Assembly: GCA_965237955.1 (NCBI GenBank)
Contig: OZ250169.1
Location: forward strand, 736,001-800,000
From: Candidatus Marinacidobacterales bacterium
GTDB taxonomy: Bacteria > Acidobacteriota > Vicinamibacteria > Marinacidobacterales > SMYC01
Direction: 5' to 3'
DNA: 64,000 bases
The position numbers were made by a program, and so were the translations under genes. Below, in pieces: positions 54,287-64,000 of this stretch. Below the pieces are notes generated by a model. It did not search any database. It had not been told where the DNA came from and saw only the letters and a program-made list of their open reading frames with translations. Position 1 is the first letter of the stretch. Each line of letters opens with the position of its first letter.

Positions 54287-54595
54287 TGTGCCTTCTATTT
54301 ATTCATCCGGGCGCCCCAAACTCGATTAGTCTCCGGTCTGCCGGCACCATGCCTGCTTGATTTCGTCGTTTGTTCGCGCTCTCATCTCCGCCTTCAAGGC
54401 TCGTCGCGAGCTGGCTCTCGACAATGTCGCTCTTCGGCAGCAGCTCGCCGTCCTCCGCCGTTCGGTGAAGCGGCCGCGGCTCTCGAACGTCGACCGCGGG
54501 TTTTGGGTAACTGTAGAGCCTAAGGGCCCTTGGCCCAGTCGCTAAGCTGCTGATTTATGGTCTATTTCAAAAGGGCTGAGTTTTGGCACAGGACG
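54287..54595 (+). mobile_element. 309-bp MITE, copy 4
   Basis: Near-identical to 10625-10933. Confidence 0.9.
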
Positions 54596-54600
54596 GGGAA

Positions 54601-54633
54601 CGAAAAAAGACCGGGCCGCCTGAGCGACCCGGG
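54601..54633 (-). terminator. Intrinsic terminator of groEL
   Basis: Minus strand CCGGGTCGC-TCAG-GCGGCCCGG followed by TCTTTTTT. Confidence 0.75.
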
Positions 54634-54652
54634 CTCTCGGAAAGTATGTAGC

Positions 54653-56311
<1,659 letters not shown>

Positions 56312-56327
56312 TTAAACTACCTCCAAG

Positions 56328-56618
56328 CTATTCCACGATGCCGAGTACTTCGTCCTCTTTAAGGATGAGGTACTCAGTTCCGTCCAGTTTCACTTCCGAG
56401 CCCGAGTACTTGCCGATGAGCACTCTGTCGCCCACCTTCACGTCGAGCGCAACCTTCTTTCCGTCCTTCAAGGTCCGGCCCGATCCGATAGCTATGACTT
56501 CGGCCGTCATCGGCTTTTCCTTCGCGGTGTCGGGGATGATGATGGATCCGACTTTCTTCTCATCGCTCTCCTCGAGCCTCTTTACGACGATGTTGTCCCT
56601 GATCGGTGTGATCTTCAT
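56328..56618 (-). CDS. groS: Co-chaperonin GroES
   Basis: [25 protein letters not shown]. Confidence 0.97.
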   Translation of the reverse strand: MKITPIRDNIVVKRLEESDEKKVGSIIIPDTAKEKPMTAEVIAIGSGRTLKDGKKVALDVKVGDRVLIGKYSGSEVKLDGTEYLILKEDEVLGIVE

Positions 56619-56679
56619 TTCTCGATTACTCCTCCTTGTTTTTCAGGACCTGTCGGCGGGGTCGAGCTCCCGACGGCGG

Positions 56680-57128
56680 TCAACGACTGATGGGAATCTG
56701 ACGGCTTTTCTCGCTCGCCTTCTTCGGTATGGTCACCGTCAGCAGAATGCCCTTCTTGAAATCGGCCTTTACTCTGTCCGTTTCGATGCTCGTCGGGAGC
56801 TCGAACGTACGATGGAACGGGCCGTAGGAACGTTCCATCGTACGAACTGTTTCTCGTTGATGGCTTCGTTGACCGGGCGCTTGCCTTACAGCGTGACTCG
56901 ATCGTCGTCGATGTGAAGCTCGATGTCGTCTTGATCTACTTCGGGGAGCTCGGCCTTGAGAACGAGGCTCTTTTCGGTTTCGTAGAGATCCATGGCGGGG
57001 GACCATGCCCCTGTGGTCGAGAACTTCCCCTCGGAGCGCGTGCGCGACAGCGTCTGATCGATTAGCCGGTTCATCCGTTCTTGGAGCGCAAGAAGCTCAC
57101 GCACGGGGTCCCAATGGGCGAGTGGCAT
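56680..57128 (-). pseudogene. Hsp20/alpha-crystallin small heat-shock protein, frameshifted
   Basis: WDPVRELLALQERMNRL...WSPAMDLYE...AELP in one frame; ERSYGPFHRTFELP...FKKGIL in another. Confidence 0.85.
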
Positions 57129-57152
57129 GTGTAATCCATCAACGTCGACATA

Positions 57153-57179
57153 TTAGCACTCTACACACCCGAGCGCTAA
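57153..57179. promoter_or_regulatory. CIRCE element (HrcA operator)
   Basis: TTAGCACTC-N9-GAGCGCTAA, one mismatch to consensus, upstream of hsp20-groES-groEL. Confidence 0.9.
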
Positions 57180-57199
57180 TCGTACGAGATAGTAGTTAT

Positions 57200-58583
57200 G
57201 GGTCTACGCGGGTTCGTGTGGGTTGAAAACGGCATTTCTGGGTAATGGCGGAAGGAATGCCGCCACGATCTTCAGCTTGAGATATCCCTCGTCACGATAG
57301 CCGTAGGCGCGTCGTTGCAGAACACGGATTTTGTTGTTGACCCCTTCAACCAGTCCGAGACTGACTTTGTTCTCAGGATGACAGTAGGAGGCGATACCAT
57401 CCCAATGGGACTCAATCATTCCGGCGAACTTCTGGTAGGGATGCAGGCGCTGCCATTTGAGGCTGTCTTTCCAACGTGTGAAAAAGGCGCGAGCCCCGCG
57501 TTCGGTGCGGTAATCCCAGAGTTGCCCGAAGGCCTCCTTCAAAACATAGGCGGTGTTCAGGCGCCGGTTGGCCTGGAGCAACTTCTTGAGTGCGCGGCGA
57601 CCGTCCAGGCTCAGGTTCTCCCGCCGGGAAAGCAACGTGTAACGCTGCCCCTTGATATACGACCGGTCCTCGCCGCTGAGGCGTTTGTACTCACGGCGCC
57701 GGACCTCATCGAGAGCCTTTGACAGGTGACGCATGATATGAAACTTGTCGAAGATGATCCGCGCATTGGGTGCGTTGTTAATCACCGAGTTCCGGAAGGG
57801 CTTCCACATATCCATGGCGGCCAGCTTGATACGGGCGCTTTTCTTCCCGCCCAGCGCCTTGAAGAACAAATCGATGTCGGTTTCTTTGCGACCCTCACCG
57901 CCCACCCAGATGGGACGCGCCCGCTCCAGGTCGCTGACAATGACACGATAGTTATGTCCCTTGCGGATGGAGATCTCATCGATACCGATGGCCCGAGGCG
58001 CCGGCAGCCCCGCCCGCTCGACTTGCTCTTGCATGTAGAGCTTATCCAGGTCCTTCACCGTAGTGTGGTGCAGACGTTCCATCTCGGCCACCGCCTTGTT
58101 CGGCATATCCCGGCACAGCTTGCCCACATGCGTCGCAAAGCGCTGGGTGTAGCGCGGGTTGTTCGCCAGCCAGTCCAAGTGTTCTACATGCACACCACCG
58201 CACCCACGACAGTTGACGCGCCAACGCTCGTATTCCAGATAGATCCGCCAGCCTGCCAACGACAGGTCGCGGACCCGGCACACTTGCTTGTCATAGCGCC
58301 CCCGGCACCGATGCCCACAGTACGAGCACACGGCTGTTTTTTTCGCCTCTTGAGCTGGATGACGCGGGCGTATCGGTCACCGAATACACCGTTCAATCGG
58401 GCGCCAGCCACGAAACCTGGTAGCGCAAAAAGCGAGCGGATCGACTGGGGATTTTTCACTCGGTTAGCCTATCCTAAAAACGGATCACTTCTCAGCACCT
58501 GATGAAGTGCTGAATACCTTTTCCACACAATGAGTTACACTATTTCTCCGTCAGCATTCGCCCACAGATTTCCGCGTAGACCC
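57200..58583 (-). mobile_element. ISL3-family element with 8-bp TSD; transposase 57204-58459 with a frameshift at an A7 run
   Basis: GGGTCTACGCGG IRs, GTAGTTAT at 57192 and 58584. Motifs IGIDE, AMDMW, FDKFH, EGVNNKI. Confidence 0.93.
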
Positions 58584-58596
58584 GTAGTTATTTGGT

Positions 58597-58774
58597 TGTG
58601 CCTTCTATTTATTCATCCGCGCGCCCCGAACTTGATCGGTCTCCGGTCTGCCGCGACCATGCCTACATGATTTCGTCGTTTGTTCGCGCTCGGCCCTTGG
58701 CACGGCCGCAAACACAGACACTAAGCTACTGATTTATGCTCTATTTCAAAAGGGCCGAGTTTTGGCACAGGACG
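58597..58774 (+). mobile_element. 178-bp shorter MITE with the same two ends
   Basis: TGTGCCTTCTATTTATTC...GAGTTTTGGCACAGGACG. Confidence 0.85.
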
Positions 58775-58983
58775 GGCTCGAGCCCAGTATCTTGGGGATC
58801 GATCGACTAGCTTTTCGTCAACTTGACAGCAATGGCACCGCCCGCGTGGGCGGAGGTCATCGGGAAGTGACCGAAATCGTTCGTTCACTCGAAAGTACCT
58901 TCCGAAACGTCCCGGCGCGTGGGTCTTGAGTTCGTTTGTATTTTTGGACAGGACGCGGAGCACGCACCCAGACCAGCAACAGA

Positions 58984-60405
58984 TTACACGGGCTCGATGC
59001 GGACGATGCGAAGCACATTGGTGGCGTCAGGTGTGCCAAAAGGCACCCCGGCAGTGATGACCACCGTATCGCCCGGCCCGGCGACTTCCTCAAGCGCAGC
59101 CGCAGCGACCGCCTTGCGCACCATTTCGTCGAAGTCCCGTACGTCCGCCGTATGCACGCTGTGTACGCCGTAGGTTAGCGTTAGACGCCGTGCGGTTGCA
59201 AGTTCGGACGTGACGCCCAGAATCGGCTGCTCAGGGCGCTCGCGGGCGGCGCGCAACGTCGTCGACCCGGAGGTCGTGTAGGTTACAATGGCGGCGGCGC
59301 CGATGGTGTCGGCCACTTGATGGGCCGCCACCGAGATCGCATCCGCGGAGGTTGCCAGCGGCCGGAGATGGTCCGCGGCCGCAATGTGACGGTGCAGCGG
59401 GTCGCGCTCCACCCGTTTAATCACCCGGTCCATGATCTGGACCGCCGCAGTCGGATAGGCGCCGACTGCGGTTTCCGCCGACAGCATCACCGCATCCGCG
59501 CCGTCGTACACCGCCGTCGCTATGTCCGAGACCTCGGCGCGCGTCGGCACCGGCGCCTGGACCATGGACTCCAGCATCTGCGTTGCCACGATCACCGGTT
59601 TGCCGGCGTCGCGGCAGGTGCGGATGATGGTCTTCTGCGCGATCGGCACTTCCTCCGGAGGCATTTCCACGCCGAGATCGCCACGAGCCACCATCACGGC
59701 ATCGGCGGCGGCGACAATCTCGTCGATACGGTCGAGCGCAGATGGTTTCTCGACTTTGACCAGAACATGGGCGCGGTTGCCGATCAGCCGGCGCGCCTCG
59801 ACCACATCCTCCGGGCACTGCACGAAGGACAGGGCGATCCATTCGCACCCGAGTTCGAGTGCGAATCTCAGATCGACTAGGTCCTTTTCGGTAAGCGGCG
59901 AGATCGGCAGCATCACGCCGGGCAGATTGATGCCCTTGCGGTCGCTGAGCCGGCCGCCGACCAGCACCTGCGTCTCTACTTCTGCATTGGATTTCGAGGT
60001 CACATTCAGCCGGAGCCGCCCGTCGTCAAGCAGCATTTCGTCGCCAGGCTGGACAGCGGCGAAGATCTCCGGATGCGGCACGGAAACCCGAACGGCGGTG
60101 CCGGGCCGGTCCGAACGGTCGAGTATGAAACGCCGTCCCGGCTCAAGCTCGACGCTCCCGCCTTCGAAGACGCCGACGCGAAGCTTGGGTCCCTGCATGT
60201 CGGCCATGATACCTATTGGCCTGAGCGCATCCCGTTCCAACTCGCGCACGATCCGATGGCGCCGGGCGTGGTTCTCGGGTTCGCCATGACTGAAATTGAA
60301 GCGGAAGACATCGACCCCTGCCTCGAACAGTGCTTTGATGGCCGTTGCACTTGAGGTCGCCGGCCCCAGCGTCGCGACGATCTTGGCCCTACGTTTGCGG
60401 CGCAT
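58984..60405 (-). CDS. pyk: Pyruvate kinase
   Basis: KIVATLGPA, RFNFSHG, MVARGDLGVE, ATQMLESM, DAVMLSAETA. Confidence 0.97.
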   Translation of the reverse strand: MRRKRRAKIVATLGPATSSATAIKALFEAGVDVFRFNFSHGEPENHARRHRIVRELERDALRPIGIMADMQGPKLRVGVFEGGSVELEPGRRFILDRSDRPGTAVRVSVPHPEIFAAVQPGDEMLLDDGRLRLNVTSKSNAEVETQVLVGGRLSDRKGINLPGVMLPISPLTEKDLVDLRFALELGCEWIALSFVQCPEDVVEARRLIGNRAHVLVKVEKPSALDRIDEIVAAADAVMVARGDLGVEMPPEEVPIAQKTIIRTCRDAGKPVIVATQMLESMVQAPVPTRAEVSDIATAVYDGADAVMLSAETAVGAYPTAAVQIMDRVIKRVERDPLHRHIAAADHLRPLATSADAISVAAHQVADTIGAAAIVTYTTSGSTTLRAARERPEQPILGVTSELATARRLTLTYGVHSVHTADVRDFDEMVRKAVAAAALEEVAGPGDTVVITAGVPFGTPDATNVLRIVRIEPV

Positions 60406-60511
60406 CGTCTCCGGTGCTCCGCAAAAACTCGATCCGTCGTTGATTCCGCAGTTTAGACATACCAGGATTGGCCGTTTCGCGGCGAGTGGTACGTCATTAT
60501 GGATCTGAAGA

Positions 60512-60539
60512 GGCGTTGTTGCACCGCTCTGGCTGAGAG
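60512..60539 (+). mobile_element. Isolated IS5/IS903-like left end
   Basis: GGCGTTGTTGCACCGCTCTGGCTGAGAG. Confidence 0.8.
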
Positions 60540-60640
60540 GGTGCTTCCGCCATCAAGTGATGGAATGGACTCCTCCGCTGACATAGACGGCATCGATGTG
60601 CCAAAGTCAGTCGAATACGCATCGAAAAGGAGGAGTCCGA

Positions 60641-61672
60641 ATGAAAGATACGACGATCGCTGTGGATCTTGCAAAGAACGTCTTCGAGATTGCCATCTCG
60701 GGAGAAGCGGGGAAGGTGTCCAAGCAACTCCGTGTGAGTCGACCCAAGTTGGTGTCGTTTTTTGCCAAACAGAGCGCTGCCACCGTGCTTCTCGAAGCCT
60801 GCGGCTCTGCTCACTTCTGGGCAAGGACGTTCCGAAGGTTGGGACACGACGTCGTCCTGCTCCCACCTCACCTCGTGAGGCCCTATCGACGCGGGAGCAA
60901 GAACGACCGCGCCGACGCCAAAGCGTTGCTCGAGGCCTACAGGAACGAGGAGATTCTTCCCGTGCCCATTAAGTCCGTGCACCAGCACAGCCTCGCCGCG
61001 CTCCATCGCCTGCGCTCAGGATGGCTCTCCACACGGACCGCACGCATCAATGCCGTACGCGGGATCCTGCGCGAACTCGGATTCATCATCCCAAAGGGCG
61101 CTCACTTCGTCGTGCCCGCCCTCTTCGAACTCGTCGAAGACGCTGATTCTGATTTGCCCGACGTGCTCCGTTCGCATCTCCGTGATGCCTGCTCCGAGAT
61201 TCGAGAACTCAAGGACAAGTGCGCTGGCATCGAGCACGAGCTCAAGGCGCTCACCAAGCAGCTTCCTGAAGTCCAACGACTTCTCGCCATTCCCGGCATC
61301 GGACTTCTGACCGCGACCGCCATCGTGGGCTTCGTCGGCGATCTTCGCCGCTTCCCATCGGGGCGCCGCTTCTCGAGCTACCTCGGCCTAGTTCCCAAGG
61401 AAAACTCCAGTGGCGACATTCGCCGCCTCGGACGCATCACCAAGCGTGGCGACTCCTACCTCCGTATGCTCCTCACCCAGGGCGGGCGCGCCGTGCTCCG
61501 CGCGGCGAACGTCAGTAAGAGCCCGCCCGACAAGCTCCGCGCCTGGGCTCGGAAGGTCCACCGCTCGCGGGGACACAACAAGGCCGTGATTGCTGTCGCC
61601 AACAAACTCGCCCGGATCGTCTGGGCCGTCTCCACCCGCGAGAGTGAATTCCAGTCGCCGATGGCCGCTTAG
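60641..61672 (+). CDS. IS110-family DEDD transposase/recombinase
   Basis: AVDLAKNVF, LEACG, KNDRADA, IPGIG, GLVPKENSSG, AVANKLARI. Confidence 0.93.
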   Translation: MKDTTIAVDLAKNVFEIAISGEAGKVSKQLRVSRPKLVSFFAKQSAATVLLEACGSAHFWARTFRRLGHDVVLLPPHLVRPYRRGSKNDRADAKALLEAYRNEEILPVPIKSVHQHSLAALHRLRSGWLSTRTARINAVRGILRELGFIIPKGAHFVVPALFELVEDADSDLPDVLRSHLRDACSEIRELKDKCAGIEHELKALTKQLPEVQRLLAIPGIGLLTATAIVGFVGDLRRFPSGRRFSSYLGLVPKENSSGDIRRLGRITKRGDSYLRMLLTQGGRAVLRAANVSKSPPDKLRAWARKVHRSRGHNKAVIAVANKLARIVWAVSTRESEFQSPMAA

Positions 61673-61677
61673 ACTTA

Positions 61678-63603
61678 GGGCCGCCGACAAAATAACTGTC
61701 TATTTTTGAGCACACTCTTCCTGTTTCAGGTCGTGATCGCGATGTCGTCTGGCATCACGAGAGCCTGGCAAGCTCCCTAGAAACGGAACATTTGTAGATC
61801 TTCAGCAACCAGCGCGTGTTTGACAAACGGTCCTCATTTTAGGGAGGATTACGCCTATCAAGGAGCACTTCTCCTATTATGAGACCTACGAGCTATCAGT
61901 CTGAAGATCTCGACCGCCTGTTGAGGAAGCACAAAATAGCTACCCTCGATGATTTGAAGGCAGTGTTGGGTACCGATGTGGACTCGACCGTCTTCCGAAA
62001 GCTCAATGAGTTGGCGTATCGGACAAGCTACTCCCACCGTGGTAGCTACTACACGTTGGACGAGATCGCCCAGTTCGATCGAAAAGGTCTTTGGTCGTTG
62101 CGCTCAGTGTGGTTCTCGAAGTACGGGACGTTGCTTGCGACGGTAAAAGCGTTGGTCGCGGCCTGTGAGGCAGGCTACTACGTCGACGAGCTCGAGGACG
62201 TGGTGCAGGTTGACGTCAAGGCTCCTCTGTTGAAACTGGTCCGAGAGAAAAGATTGGCGCGCGAGCAGGTGTTCGGCCGATATCTGTATCTGGCCACCGA
62301 TGTGAGCACGCGCAAGCAACAGCTCTCGGCCCGCCAGGTACATGAGGCGTCACCTTCCACGTTGGGCTGGGTCGGGGGAGTCCGCGTGCTCCCCGTGGAG
62401 TTGAAGGCTGCGATCGTTCTTTTCTACAGCCTGCTCGATGAAAAGCAGCGCCGTCTCTACGCGGGAGTCGAGGCCATGAAGCTCGGTCACGGTGGCGACC
62501 AACAGATTGCCGAACTGCTCGGGATGGATCCGAGCACGGTAGCCAGAGGTCGTAGGGAATTGCTAATGAGAGATGTTGAGCTCGACGGAGTTCGGCGAAA
62601 GGGTGGCGGACGGCGCGCCGTGCAAAAAAAACGCCAGAAGTCATCGCCAAGATCGAAGAACTCATGAAGCACGACACCGCGGGCGATCCGATGACGGGAG
62701 TGAAATGGACGCGGCGGACCACCGACAAGATTGCTTGCGAGCTAAGAAGCCTTGGTGTGAACGTCAGCAGCAAAACCGTCGGTCGACTGCTCAAACAGCT
62801 CGGCTTCTCGTTGCGGGTGAACCACAAGAAGCTGTGCGGTGCCACGTCCGAAGATCGCGATACCCAATTCGCGTGTATCGCCGAACTGCGCGAGCGTTTT
62901 GCCGCAGCTGGTCATCCCATCATCAGCGTAGACACGAAGAAACGGGAGCTGGTGGGATTATTCAAAAACGGCGGGCAGGCCTGGAACCGCGAGCCGACTC
63001 TCGTCAAAGACCATGACTTCCGTTCCGAATCGAACGGCATCGCAATCCCCTACGGCGTCTACGATCTGCTCGCGAACCGCGGGACAGTGTTCATTGGTAC
63101 CTCGTACAACACCCCGGACTTCGCCGTGAATGCCATCGAGAAGTGGTGGCGAACGGAAGGACGGCGACGCTATCCTGCAGCCCGTGACCTCGCGATATTG
63201 GCAGACGCCGGGGGCAGCAATGGCTATCGGTGTCGGGGTTGGAAGCACGGGCTTCAAACGCGGATTTGCAATCGCCACGACATCGCTATCACCATAGCCC
63301 ACTATCCGTCCGGTACATCCAAGTGGAATCCAGTGGAGCACCGTCTGTTCAGCGAGATCAGCAAGAACTGGGCGGGCAGGCCTCTCGACAGCTACGAAAC
63401 CATCCTCAAATACATCCGCACGACCACCACCTCTTCCGGTTTGCGAGTACGCGCACACCTTATCCGGCGTCGTTATCCGAAGGGCGTCAAAATCACTGAC
63501 GAGCGGATGCAGGCGCTTTCCGTTACAAAGGACCAGACTCTACCCAAATGGAACTACACCATCCGACCGTCTTGAAAACGGGAACTTATTTTGTCGCCGG
63601 CCC
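61678..63603 (+). mobile_element. ISAzo13-family element (ORFs 61879-62667 and 62664-63575, A-run frameshift), TSD TTA
   Basis: IRs GGGCCGCCGACAAAATAA / TTATTTTGTCGCCGGCCC. Motifs GDPM...WT, ISVDTKKRE, ADAGGSN, SKWNPVEHRLFS, WNYTI. Confidence 0.9.
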
Positions 63604-63629
63604 TTAGAGGCTCCACTTTCGTGTTTTCC

Positions 63630-63895
63630 TTTTTCCCTTCCAAAAGAGGCTGCGACGATACCCATCCAACTGATGGCGTACCGGTCGGACCGGCGCGGGG
63701 TCAAGCCGATAGCAACACTGGCCCTAAGAGGTCGTTCAAAGTGATTGGCTCCTCGCGCGCGGATTTTCCATCATGGCCCGGAGCACCCAAGACGCTCCTC
63801 ACTGAGGCCGAAGATACGTTTGCAGTCTGACCCACTCGTCACGACGCGATGGATGCGCAGCTTCGATGGAAGATTTATTAAGAAAGGGGCTTGAC
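63630..63895 (+). ncRNA. Putative seekRNA/bridge RNA region of the IS1111-type element
   Basis: Non-coding region between the transposase and the right IR, where IS1111-group elements encode their guide RNA. Boundaries not determined. Confidence 0.55.
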
Positions 63896-64000
63896 TAGAG
63901 GAGTCCAGATATGTTGCTACGCCGTATTTGAATGCTAATGTCAGCTGGCCTGCCTGTGTCGGCGAACGCCATTAATAAGGATGTCGGCGTGCACACGAAG

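Larger units (their letters stand above)
60555..63915 (+). mobile_element. IS1111-type (IS110 family) element carrying a nested ISAzo13
   Basis: Subterminal IRs ATGGACTCCT (60565) and AGGAGTCCAG (63899). Long downstream non-coding region. Exact ends approximate. Confidence 0.75.

Overview
GC-rich bacterial accessory region. It is a dense mosaic of intact, nested and decayed mobile elements: IS5/IS903-like (three copies plus an end), IS3, IS21, IS110/IS1111, IS256, IS630, ISL3, ISAzo13, many integrase-core (rve) DDE elements with their MITEs, a DUF2924 plus serine-recombinase element, and an ORF-less group II intron. Short cargo blocks sit between them. The cargo is enriched for defence genes: a complete type I R-M system, a second hsdM stub, HEPN proteins, a GIY-YIG nuclease, and an AAA ATPase with an HNH nuclease. 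It also includes groES-groEL with hsp20 and a CIRCE operator, pyruvate kinase, a GATase, a CbiX-like protein and a TonB-receptor fragment. Best candidate for an undescribed system: a pyruvoyl SAM-decarboxylase-like gene followed by a DUF3326 gene. The module appears twice behind different putative effectors: a multi-TM membrane protein at 36.5-39.6 kb, and an ATPase plus HNH pair at 46.6-49.4 kb. In the second copy the decarboxylase is frameshifted and only a weakly similar ~22-aa stub of the DUF3326 gene remains. Second main observation: most junctions carry a shared end motif, YGT-N11-AYTC, in 30 or more copies. Family assignments come from motif recognition by eye; no database searches were run.
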